DNA of 46,302 nucleotides from Saprolegnia diclina VS20 (taxonomy: Eukaryota). The notes beneath the pieces were generated by a model, which saw only the letters and a list, made by a program, of their open reading frames with translations, ran no database searches and had not been told where the DNA came from. This document shows positions 21,009 through 32,067 of this stretch, one piece after another (the first letter of the stretch is position 1; every line of letters starts with the position of its first letter). The position numbers were made by a program, and so were the translations under genes. Location: the NCBI RefSeq assembly GCF_000281045.1, contig NW_008246088.1:617328-663629 (forward strand), written 5' to 3'.

Positions 21009-22438
21009 TTAGGATACGATCGGCGTCGTGCACGAGGGACAGGCGTTGTTCCGGGAGAGCCATTCGGTGCCGCATATTGTGTGAACGAGATGCGCACACG
21101 GCAGCGTGAGCACGTCCTCCCCGACCTCGTACGACTCGAGGCAAATCGAGCACCTGAGTCCCATACGTATTGTTAGATGTATGAGTGCAAGATGAACGTA
21201 CTCGAAGCGCTGGAGGCTGGAGGACTCGGGCACCGACTGTGATGGCAGCAGTGCGATGTACGCTGGGGCGACACGGTGCCAATCGGCGACGAGGTCGGCG
21301 CCGGCGCCTCGCTGCGTGCGCGCATGCATCTCGTCCTGGAGCGTCGTGCGCTACGAAAAGAACGAGCCTTGTAGATCAAGGAATAGGTAGACAGCGCTTA
21401 CCCAAATCTCGTCCAGCGCCTCATCAGCGACGGGGGGGTTCATCGGAGCCGTTGTCATCGGCACGGGCACGTTGCCTTGTGTTGACGCCGGCGCGACGTC
21501 CCGAAGCAAAGCCGGGGTGCTTTGTTGCATCGTGATTGGAGTCGCAGCTTGTGCTTGTGGAGCTGGTGGGGGACGGGTGGGCGAGTGGAGCCGAGGGCGC
21601 TGCCCGGCTGGGGCTTCATCGCTGAAGCTTGGTCGTGGCCGCGTGATGCGTTGAGGCGTGGCGGCCCAAGATGCAGGGGTAGGAATCGCGCCAGGAAAAT
21701 GACGGCTGGGCTACCATATACCGAGGGAATTGAATCGACTGCGACAGTTGTCTGGATGAACTTCGCCATTGCGACGAAGCTACGACGACGGCCCGGAAGG
21801 GACTCACCTGCTGTTCAGTCGTACTGACACTGTCGGGAGCGTCTGCCTTCTCCTCTTGCTCCGCTGTCGCGCTTCGCGCAGAAAGTTGTTCGAAACGATC
21901 CTACAGAAGGCTACATGTCAGCGTAATGTAGTACATGGAGGTGTACCTTCCACGAGCGGCTGGCGGACTTTTCGTCATGAAGCTGCCGTTCAAGGTCGGC
22001 GACGCGGCCCTTTTCATCCGCAAGTTGCTGACGTACAGCTTCGACGGAGGTCGTCAGCGTCTCGACACTTGCGCGTTGCGTTTGGACTTGCTTCTTGAGA
22101 GCGATCTTCTTGGATTTGAGTCGCTTCTTGAGGGCTTGAACCTGCTTCTTCCACGTATCTTCGACCTCCTTGCGTTCGATCGCTGCTTGTGTCAAGCTTT
22201 TCCGTGCATCTGCAAGCTCCTTGGCCGTGTCTTCCATGGCTTCAAGCTCATCTTCGAGGTCGGCAATCTGCACCTTGCACTGCGCGTTCTCGAGCTCGAG
22301 GTCCGCGACGAGTCTGCGCTCGGCGGCCTCCCTCGACCCCTGCGTCCTCGCGCGGGTAGCGACAGTGGGGGCGGATCTCGTCCGGCCGCGGGCGCTCGTC
22401 ACGCTTGGTACCATCGCGCTGCTTCGGGTCGGAGGCAT
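21009..22438 (-). CDS. Coiled-coil protein with C-terminal RING-H2 finger (putative E3 ligase), multi-exon
   Basis: Exon 1 is a long heptad coiled coil ending SRSWK|GT; last exon CSICLESY...LPCAHLVHTICGTEWL....CPSC (C3H2C3). The middle exon boundaries are uncertain. Confidence 0.7.
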
Positions 22439-22794
22439 GAGGCGGTCTTGCTGCTTGCTCGCCGGCTGGTCAATTTGAAAATGAGGTTTATCCGGCGTTT
22501 GCGTTGGTTATCCGGATGTGTATCTTTTGACGTGGCAGGCTCCTGGCAGGCTCCCATCGCTTTCTCACTTGCTGCGATCTTCGGGAAAAGATAATATTTC
22601 CATTCCGCAACAAACCCAAATCTCAAATATAAGCTAGTGGGCATTAACATATTGGTCGTTTAAGCCAATCAACTAGACTAATATCGACGAGCAATGCGCA
22701 AGGATGTCCAACGTGTCTGGAAATGGTGCTCGTCGGTCTGGGCCATTGACTGTGCCACCAACAAGTGACTTGCTCGATGGAACGTACCTGGGTA

Positions 22795-23796
22795 TTAGGA
22801 CACGATTGGCGTTGTGCAGACCGGGCACGCGTTGTTCTCGTGCAGCCATTCTGTGCCACAGTCCTCGTGGACAAGGTGCGCACACGGCAGCGTGATGACC
22901 ATGTCTTGTTCAACGTACGGGTCATGGCACACGATGCACCTGCGCTCATCGACGACGCCATGACTCGAAAGAAATAGTAAATGCGTACTCGAGCGCAGAG
23001 ACAGCTCCGCGGGGCCATGACTGCGATGGCAGAAGAGCAACGTAATCTGGTGCGAAGGCGTACCACGCAACCTCGTCGAGATTGACGTCGTCGCCAAGGA
23101 GGACGCGCGCGTGCATTTCGTCGCGCACGGTCGAGCGCTAAGAATGTTCTTGTACGTTAGGAGCTCTGAAAAGGGTGGACGCGTACCCAAATCTCTTCCA
23201 TGGCCCCCTGTGTGGCGGGTGACGCAGGTGGTGTGTCGATTTGCAAAGCAGCAAAATGATCGTCGCTCTGTGCGTCTGTCATCGCGGCCGAGGGAGGAGA
23301 GACCATTTGCAGCCGCGGGTGCTGCTGCACCGGGGCGGCCTCGTTGATATCTGTCGCACGGCGCTTCACACCTCGACGCACGCCTTGTTCGTCCGACGAG
23401 TCTTCAGACTACAAGCGACAGCTCAACACCCACGGGTCGACATAGTGGACGGTACCTGGTAATTGTCGAACCGAGTATCAAGTTCGTTGTCGCTCGTAGC
23501 ATCATCTGTCGCTTCTTCGTGCAAATGTTGTTTCTCGCGAGCTGCGTAGCGTTCCTGTATCGTACTACATGAGTGCAGGGCAACGAGCTATGTCCTGTAC
23601 CTTCCACTCGTTGGCATCGATCTGCGCGTCTAGCAGCTCGCAGCTCGTCTTCGAGTTGGACAACTCGTTCATTCGCATGTGCAATCTTGTCGGTGGCGTC
23701 ATTTAGCTGCTCGACGAGCGCCTCGATGTTGTTGCGCTGCGTCGCCAGTCGCTGCGCCTGGTCGTTGTTCTGCGTCTCGAGTCTCGACTTTGCCAA
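22795..23796 (-). pseudogene. 5'-truncated, frameshifted tandem paralog of the coiled-coil RING-H2 gene
   Basis: RING-H2 CIVCHDPY...LPCAHLVHEDCGTEWL....CPVCTTPIVS* and the exon DEMHAR...YVALLPSQS match 21009-22438. The coiled-coil exon has a 1-nt shift near 23620 before the conserved WK|GT donor, and an in-frame TAA at 23802-23800. Confidence 0.55.
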
Positions 23797-24170
23797 GGAT
23801 TATGAAGCAATTCACCTGGCCTTCTACAACAGGGCAAGAAGCGCAGCGGTGCGCTCTAGGTACCTGCAAGCACGTATTCGCTTCCTCACAACGACACCCA
23901 CCGACTAGGTACACACCTACTAACTAACTGTGTCCTATTGTACTAGTAGAGCCTGGAAGTCGCCGCCGCGCGACTGCATGTGGTGCTGGACCACGGTTGG
24001 TATTGGCGCGAAATTCAAATTCAATCACAGTAAAACGCTGTTCTGACAATTGAATTTCATCCAATGAAATAGTGTAAAATTTTAGCCAATCCCAGCGCGT
24101 AGAAGCAAGCCAGTACCAACAGTAATACATTCGTTCAACTGACGCTGACCGGTCATTTAGTGTGTTGGCC

Positions 24171-25948
24171 ATGATGCAGAGCACGAAGCCCGACGTGGGC
24201 CCGCACGAAGCGCTCCTCCTCGACGACCAGCCGCCTCACCACCTGCCGGTGATGGAGAAGAAGACGCGCAAGCGCAACGTCCAGCACGTGGCGACGCACG
24301 AAGATAAGCTCCGCGTCATGAAGTGGATGGTGGCCGAGGAACAGAAGCTGGCGGAAGAGCTCGAGGCGAAGCGCTCGGCAATCGATGGCGTCAAGATGAA
24401 GCCCGAGAAGCACTGCCTCGCGTCGCGCGCGATCCTCGAGTTCCCCGAGCTCTTCTGCGCGGCGTCGACGCAGGCCAACTACATGAAGGCGACGCGCTGG
24501 TGGAAGGAGAGCAAGGTGTACATCGAGACGACCGAGCACATGCCGCATTCGAAGAAGGCCCGCGCCGGCCGTGGCCGCCGCGCGCTGCCGTGGACCGCGT
24601 GGCTCTACGAAGAGCTCAAGCATGCGATGGACAACCACGTCGAGACGGCGACGTGGGGCAACCGCGACCTCCTCGGCATGGCCAAGGCGCTCGTCGAGGC
24701 GTCGACGCACCCGACGTACAACAAGGACTACATCATCCCCGAGCGCAACACGCGCATCGTGGACAACTTGAATTTGCGCTGGATCCAGAGCTTCAAGGAC
24801 AAGTTCAACATCAAGAACACGATGAAGAAGGAGCTGAGCCACACGAGCGAGCTCTCGCTGTGCCAATGGGTCGCGGTCTCGACGGCCGCCAACAAGGGCC
24901 AGCCGATCCCGAAGAAGGACATCATTGAGCAAGCGTCGCACCTCTTTCTCCAAGAGTACGACAGCCTCCCCGCCAAGCTCGAATCGTCGTGGTACAAGAT
25001 GTTTTGCCTCCGCCACCCCGAGCTCAACCTCGTCGGTGCGTTCGTCTCGCCCATGCTTCGCTCATAGATTTCTCTAGTCGAGCCGTCGACACCCGTCGCG
25101 TCATCGAGCCACGTCGCGGCCATGTCGTCTGTCCTGCCGACGTCGATGCCCATGATGCCTCCGGTGCGTTGTCTTGTGGAAGCACTTATGCTCACGCGCC
25201 GTGTAGCCAATGCAGCCCGTGGGCGTCATGTTTGATGCAATCGCGGAAGGCCAGTTCAAGATCGTCAAGTCGCTTCTGCAGCAAGGTCTGAGCCCCGAGT
25301 CGAGCGACGACATTGGCTGCACGGCGCTCTTGGTCGCGACCAAGTCGGGGCAGTTCAACGTCGTCAAGTTCCTTCTCGAATTTGGCGCCCGCACCGAAGC
25401 GACGGACGAGGTATGTTGTTTCTTCTGCAAGTATCAAGTTGAAACATTGCGACGATTAGTGTGGTCGCACGTCGCTCGTACTCGCGACGTTCCTCGGCCA
25501 CTTTCACATTGTCAAGGCCCTCCTCGAGCACCAAGCCCACGTCGAAGCCACCGACGACGTACGACTCTATCCAATCGGTAGCCGCAGCATGCGTGACGCG
25601 TCGCTGTCATGTGTAGAACTCACGCACGGCGCTCTCAATCGCGGCCGAGCGCGGCGACCTCAAGCTTGTCAAGCTGCTCTTGCGCATGGGCGCCAACCTC
25701 GAAGCGCGCGACGAGGTACGTGGCACGTGCATAGAAGAAGGATGTCAACGCTCGTGTAGGACGACAACACGCCGCTCATGATTGCCGTCAAGCACAACCA
25801 TTTGGAAGTCGTCGTCTTCTTGATCAAGAAGGGCGCCAACGTCCGCGTGCAGGACGTGGACGGCAGCACGCTCCTTGAGCTCGCCAAGCACTCGCGGGAG
25901 CTGAGCCAGCTCTTCCTCGAGAAGATCTCGGCCGAGACCATGTGCTAG
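24171..25948 (+). CDS. pogo/CENP-B-type HTH DNA-binding domains fused to about 6 ankyrin repeats (6 exons)
   Basis: Exon 1: GRGRRALPWTAWLYEEL...RWIQSFKDKFNI and a second HTH-CENPB-like unit LCQWV...GQPIPKKDIIEQA...WYKMFCLRHPEL. Intron 25036-25077 removes the ORF stop and joins in frame to the ankyrin exons (further introns 25164-25206, 25411-25459, 25559-25616, 25716-25759); stop at 25946-25948. Confidence 0.7.
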
Positions 25949-26010
25949 CTGCAAAGTAGGAAGCCCTGTAACGCAATCCAGGGCGTGTGAAGTAGGACGT
26001 GCATTGAGTG

Positions 26011-26787
26011 TTACGCGGTGTTGAACTCGTCTTGCAGCTTCTTCCAAAAGAGGCTCCAAAATGTCGCGTCCGAGTTGAAGTTGTTGGCCGAGTTCCACAA
26101 GACACCGCAGATCGACCAGAGCGCAATGGTCACGAGCCCTTCTGACACCGTTGTCCACGCCTTCTCGGCCAGCCAAGCCGCCGCCGGCCCCATCAAGTCG
26201 CTCCATGGATGCGCCTCGTCTGCCTCGTCCTTGGCAATCGCGCTGGATGGAGCTCCGATCGTTGTGGACGACGTGCTTCGCGTGATGCGGGTCGTTGGCG
26301 GCGGCGTCGTTGCAGTCGGCATGGTCATTTGGCTCGACGGCTCGGCCGGTGGCGCGGCAATCGCGTCAAGCACGTTGCGGTCGTTCTTGAGGAACATTTG
26401 GATGTGCTTCTCGTTCTCTTCCGGCGGGCACACAATCGTCGCCATGCGCTTGGAGCATGTGCGCACCATGCGCCCGTTCTCGACCTTCTCCTCGACAATC
26501 GTCTCTTCCAGCGTCACGTCCCGGGCCTTCTTGGAGCCCTCGCGCTTCACAAAGCACACGTCGTCGCTCTCGTCTTGGCGAGTGATAGGCGCTGGCATCG
26601 CTGCTGGCATAGTTCTCGCTGCTTTCGCCCTGGCACGCAGCCAGCCCGCAGCGGCCATGACGAGCGCAACGAGCTTCACAGCAAGTTCGGGCGCCGAGCG
26701 GCTCGTGGCGGCGACGTACGCGGTGGCGAGGACCATCGAGCCGACGAGCGTCGGCGAGGCAGCTTGCATCATGGTACGAGCTGTCAT
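26011..26787 (-). CDS. Hypothetical membrane protein with a Thr/Pro/Ser-rich linker
   Basis: Long ORF with hydrophobic N- and C-terminal segments and coding-like codon use; convergent with the ankyrin fusion gene; no family recognised. Confidence 0.55.
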   Translation of the reverse strand: MTARTMMQAASPTLVGSMVLATAYVAATSRSAPELAVKLVALVMAAAGWLRARAKAARTMPAAMPAPITRQDESDDVCFVKREGSKKARDVTLEETIVEEKVENGRMVRTCSKRMATIVCPPEENEKHIQMFLKNDRNVLDAIAAPPAEPSSQMTMPTATTPPPTTRITRSTSSTTIGAPSSAIAKDEADEAHPWSDLMGPAAAWLAEKAWTTVSEGLVTIALWSICGVLWNSANNFNSDATFWSLFWKKLQDEFNTA

Positions 26788-27500
26788 TGCAAGCGGCAAG
26801 GTACTACCAGAAACTGGCCGACCCCGATCTTTTCGGTTGTTCGAGCCGAATAAAATCCAAAACCGCTCCCAATTTATTTTTTAACAATCGAATTGCCCCG
26901 TCGCTTGCTACATTCACCAAGTTATTTTCTCACGAGCGTGATTATTAATATAGACAACTATTTTACTCGCAATAAGAATCAGATCCACTTGACCTTTGTA
27001 TGTCGAGCGGCAAGCCGGCGATCTTCGAGCAGCAACCGCCACCCGACCCCTTTCGATCGCACAAGAAACCACCCGAGTCATTCGGCACAGTCTGTATCAA
27101 TGTATCGGCAATCGTTTATCGGGCAGCTTCACACCAGGCTTCAGACTGCGGGGTCGCGACTGCAATGCAGAGTCGACAGAGAAGAATATGTGCCAGGTAC
27201 GCTCTCAACCGAAAGGCGACCATCACTCACGGCGTAAGACATTATTGTACAACAATAGTACATTTAGCTCAATGCATTTCGCGAACCTCCTGCGCTACAG
27301 TCCCGCCCGCTGCTGCTCACGGGGCGGGCAGTATTCCAAGGAATCCAGTAGGCACCCGACACTAGTGCACCCTAGCCCTATCTCGGGAGAGGCTTTGCTG
27401 CGCTAGTCTTTGCTCTATCAAAGCCGGTCTCAAAGCACCACTTCTCCATCGCACCATTATTCACTTGAGGAGGTTTAGTCGACTCGTAAGTGTTTGTTGC

Positions 27501-29239
27501 TTAGACGTAGTTGGTGTACCAGCGGGTGTAGGCTATGGCGGCGAGAGCACTCGCCCCCATCGAGCAGCCGACCAAAAGACCAAGATCTACCTCGTCGCGC
27601 TCGAGCAAAAGGAGAATAAGACCGCAGATGGCCTTGAGCGTCAATTGTACGCCGTTGATGGCGCCGCGCCGCGTGGACGCGACCCACTCCTGCATGATCT
27701 GCACCAAGGCGAGGTCGGCGCACACACGCGCGGTTTGCAAGAGTGCGATCGTCAACAGCAGCCACACGCCGCGCGTCTGGAACGTTCCGACGCTAATGAG
27801 GCCTACGGGCAGGAGAGACGCAAGGTACCACCACATGGAGGCAAGCCCGAGCTTCTCCACCGGGTGCACGCAGGCGAGGAGCCAAGGAAAGAGTAGCGTC
27901 CCTATCATACCCATGGCCACGCCCCCCACATCCCCTACGCCATGTCATTGTGCGGTCAGAACTACAGGAACATGCCTACCTGCGTCCCAGCTGGGCGAGA
28001 GGTGCCGGTTGAGCCACGGGCGCGGATGTCCGTCGCGGAGCACTGTGGTCGCAAGGAGGCCCGTGGCAACCCCCGCGAGGCAGACAGGGTGCTGCGTGTA
28101 GCTGCGCCAAAGAGATATGTACCGCGCGCTGCTCACCTCGGCCGTTGTGTGCAGCGTCTTGTGGCCGAGCGACGGCGCAAAGCGGTAGATGTCCCGGAGC
28201 GTTGCCCACTGCAGCGGCAGCAGCATGCTTTGCAATACGAAAAAGACGCCAAGCCAGATGCGCCACGGAGCCGCGTCATCGAGCGGAATGCTCATGGTCA
28301 TTGCAATCATTAGCGGCGCGAGGAGCCGCGCGGCGAGGTCCACCTGCTTGAGCACCACGTTCCAGCTTTCGAGCGGCGTCTGGGAGAGAAGAGCGAGCTC
28401 GACGACCCAGTCCCGCTGCAGAGCCAGCGCATGCAGCGTTCGAACGCAATGTGCGATGGCTGCCAAGACGTACGCCACAAAGAGCGAGGCGGATCGCATC
28501 GGGTGGTCGGCGCGAGAGCTGCCTGCGCCAAGCAAGCTCACGGCGCTGAGCGACATGATCAGTGGCCAGACGAACGTCGTCGTGCGAAGCAGTTGCCAGC
28601 GGTCGGTTGCGTCGACAAACTGCGAGAGCAGCGGGAGAAAGAGAATGCTGACGCTGACAGTCGTCAAGGGAATCAGCGTCGGCGAGCTGTTCACGCCGAG
28701 TTGCGCTAGCAGCATGGGCACCAGGGCTTCCCACACACAGTTGTTCTACTCGCAAATCGGGTTCTGCATGACGTTGTACTGGTGCGTGACGTACAAAGCT
28801 CGACACAAAGTGGGCGACGTAAACGTAGACGCACAAGCGCGTTGCGACGACCTCGCCTTGACGGTAGACTGTGTACTGCCGCTTGGAGCTCCTACATGCG
28901 GACTTTGCTGAGTGCCATGACGCGCCGTGGAAGAAGCGGCCAACAGGAGGGCAATGGTTTCTTGCTTGGCCTTGGACGTGTCGCGGATGATCGCGACAAC
29001 ACACGCGAGCACGGGGAGCAGCGAGCCGTACCCGACCAGCGTCAAGAGCGGACCAAGTCCGCGCCGGACAGGCGGGCAGTACGGTGTGTCCGTGACGTGG
29101 CTGCCGCACACTAGGCACAACTTAGCTAGTCTTCGACTGATAATCGAACGTAGTAGTGCGTACTGGTGCCGAGCGTGCCAAGGCCCAAGCTGACGGTGCC
29201 GACGACAGCGCAAGCGACCGCCGTGGTATCCAGCGGCAT
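27501..29239 (-). CDS. Divergent ferroportin (SLC40/FPN1) family MFS transporter with an N-terminal extension, about 5 exons
   Basis: Spliced VYVAHFVSSF|NNCVWEALV aligns to FPN LYLGHSLSTWGDRMWHFAV; LQRDWVV...N.VLKQVDLAARLLAP; ARVCADLALVQIMQEWV....RGAINGVQ. The 5' exons (ATG 29239) are less certain. Confidence 0.75.
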
Positions 29240-29381
29240 TGATGGGGTCCGTCCACCGACGTGTTGCCCCCTAAAGACCTCTGTTCGAATTCGAAGATTT
29301 TGCGTTAGAAAAAACGGAACCAAAAAGAGATAAACAATAATTGCTGCAAGCAGAAATTCTCGTTGTCAAACGACATTTGGC

Positions 29382-30998
29382 CTAGACTTCGGCGACGGTC
29401 TGCGACGGGTGGGCGACCATATGCACGATTTCGAGGGATGGGCCCGCGTTTGCGAGACCGATCGCTGTCATTCCATCCTACACCATGTCGTTGATACTTT
29501 GATACATCGCCGTGACGAGGCATTTGGTGTACGATGTTGCGGACGTTGGTGCTGGCGCCCTTCTTGATCAAAAAGTCGATCACATCGCGCTTCTGGTACT
29601 GAATCGCGAGCAAGAGCGCGGTATTGTCGTCCTAGGGAGATGTGATGTACAAGAGGACAAAGACGGCGACGTACGTCGTCGCTCGCTTCGAGGTTGGCGC
29701 GGCGCTTGACGAGAAACTTGACCATTTTCACGTTGCCTTGCTGCGACGCAAACAGCAGTGGCGTTCGCGAGTGCTACGTGTGAGGTTGAGCGCGATGTTT
29801 GCTTGTCCTTGATACCTCGTCCGTCGCTTCAATGTTGGCCTTGTGGTCGAGAAGACACTTGGCAATGTGCAGTTGATCCATCTGGACGGCGATCCAGAGC
29901 GACGTTAGCCCTTGCTAGTCGCACGTTTCGATGGCTGCGAAGTTAAAATGCGATTCTACCGGGTTCATGGCTTCCGTGTTGGCGCCGAAATCGAGGAGGC
30001 AGTTGACGACGTTCAAGTGCTTGGTGGCCGTCGCGACAATAAGCGCCGTGCAGCCAAACTAGCACGGTTGGAGTTTGCGATCTTTCCACTGCCTCTAGTC
30101 GTACCGCATCGATCGCTTCGAGGTCGACCTTGGTGTTGTGCAAGAGCGTGCGCAGCGCCGAGATGTCGCCATGCTGCACGGCTTCCATGAGCAGCTGCGC
30201 CACCTAATGTACAGGAAGCTACGTCTGTCGGAAATGAAGAAAAACCTGCTTGTTTTTGCCCACGAGCAGCTGAATGTCAGGGTACTACCGACACACTCTT
30301 GGCAAAAAGCCAAAATTGACGTTTGTACCTGGAGCTGGGGCATCATTTGCAGCATCGGTGGCGTGTCCAGAAGCGCGCTGCCGTCGTCCTTGGCATACGC
30401 GTTCGCCGTCTTGAGCACTTCTTTGGCGCGCGTTGCATTGTGGGCGCTCACGGGCGCGCCGTGCTTTTGCTGGAAGAGCGCTTGGATGGCCTTGACCGAG
30501 AGCTTGCGGTGGTCAACATTCTCGTCCAGGAGCGTCTTGACCACCTATGTGGCGTCAGCACGCAAGCGTCGATACGTCAGTGCATACAAGCTCGACGATG
30601 TTTTCGCGGCGCGGCTTTTTCGTGGCCGTCGGCAGCAAGATCGAGTGCTCGCGCGGGTTGTACGTCAGCAGCGAGAGCTGGCGCTCGCTGGCCTTGCGCG
30701 TCGACGTGCAGCCCTCGCTGTGGACGTCGTGGATGGTCGAGAAGTAAAAGTACTCGTCCTCGTTCTTGCGCTTGCACTTGGTCGCAATGACGCGCCACTC
30801 GCAGCTCGCGCATGTGCACACAAAGGTCTTGGAGTTGCCGCTCTTCTTGCCCGCGCGCAGCCGCATGCTCTTGTTCATGTTGTACGTGTAGTCCTGCATA
30901 AAGTACTTGGCGTCGCGCCCGGACGTGAACGTGAGCTCGGCGCTCAGCACGTCCTCGCCGTGGATCGCCTTGAGGTCCAGGAGCGTCGCCTCCGCCAT
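29382..30998 (-). CDS. Mutator/MuDR-type zinc-finger DNA-binding domain plus HTH-like region fused to about 6 ankyrin repeats (9 exons)
   Basis: Exon 1 has TFTSGRDAK..MQDY...K...KTFVCTCASCEWRVIA...YFSTIHDVHSEGC (MuDR/FAR1/WRKY-fold CC-H pattern). Introns 30587-30545, 30328-30285, 30245-30204, 30104-30059 and four more phase-0 introns give ankyrin exons FGCTALIVAT, QGLTSLWIAV, HSRTPLLFAS, DDNTALLLAI, DGMTAIGLA; stop at 29384-29382. Confidence 0.75.
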
Positions 30999-31263
30999 GG
31001 CTTGGAAATAAAAACGCACCTAATGGAGCGAAGGCGCACCGACAACTGGCTTTTCGGCCACGTCGCCTCTTGCGCTTTGTATACCGCGGCAGTGATTGGT
31101 GCAAAAGCTCGAAAACGCCAACCCGATTTGCTGGCGCGCCCACAACGAAGCAATGGCATGCCGGTCAAGCTCAAGCTCAAGCAACCGATGTATGTACAAG
31201 CAAATTAGCGGCGAGAAAGAGAATAGGTGCTTGAAGTACGCTACTTTACTACGAACGGAGTAC

Positions 31264-32067
31264 CTAGGCGCTGACAGAGGCCGACGGCGGCCGGCTGTAC
31301 GACTCGAGGGTGCCGACGACCTGCGTGAAACCGAGGGCCGTCCACGTAGCCTCGGCAGGTGCGTCGCAGCCCGTCGTGACCATGGTCGTGTACTTCTTGT
31401 CCATGGCGTCGAGAATGGCGAGCGAGAGAAGGTGCCGCGTTAGGCCGCGGCGGCGGTGGGTCGCAAGAACACCGGCGCCTTGGAGGTACGCCACGCCTCG
31501 CGTATAGCGCAACGTCATGTATCCAACGACAGCATTGTCGTCGTATGCGAGCCAGTGCACATCGCGCGAAAACATTTGCGCCAAGGCCACGCGGAGCCGG
31601 TCGACGTAGCCTGTCGGTGGATACCCAAAGAGGATCGCTTCGATGCGAAGGCGGTCGGCCCACTCCGCATCATCCAGCGACAACACGCGGCAGACGCGTA
31701 GGCCAGGCTGGCATGGCGACTCTTCCGTTGTGTCGCGTAGAGGAGCCATGGCGCGGATGGTTTGACCGGCCGAGCGCACAAACCCAAAGGCCTTGAGCCC
31801 AGCATCCGCTGGCAGCGGCGTCGGAAACATGGTCTCGATCGCCGGTGTCTGGGACGCATCGAGGGACGCAAGCAGGTGACGCATGCTCTCCGCGATATTG
31901 TCGCTGTCGTGGTCGAGGAGTAGGATGCTGGCGGGCTTGGCGAGCTGGTAGAAGGAGTGCGACTTCGTGGGCTCCACGGCCTGCGCGACGGCCATTGAGA
32001 TGGCTTCGTCCCACAACATGGCTTGCACGCTCGCTGCGTGCAGCGCTTTGTGTGTCATCGAGGGCAT
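31264..32067 (-). CDS. GNAT-family N-acetyltransferase
   Basis: C-terminal GNAT motif A (VAYLQGAGVLATHRRRGLTRHLL) and motif B-like (ATWTALGF); 267 aa, intronless. Confidence 0.75.
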   Translation of the reverse strand: MPSMTHKALHAASVQAMLWDEAISMAVAQAVEPTKSHSFYQLAKPASILLLDHDSDNIAESMRHLLASLDASQTPAIETMFPTPLPADAGLKAFGFVRSAGQTIRAMAPLRDTTEESPCQPGLRVCRVLSLDDAEWADRLRIEAILFGYPPTGYVDRLRVALAQMFSRDVHWLAYDDNAVVGYMTLRYTRGVAYLQGAGVLATHRRRGLTRHLLSLAILDAMDKKYTTMVTTGCDAPAEATWTALGFTQVVGTLESYSRPPSASVSA

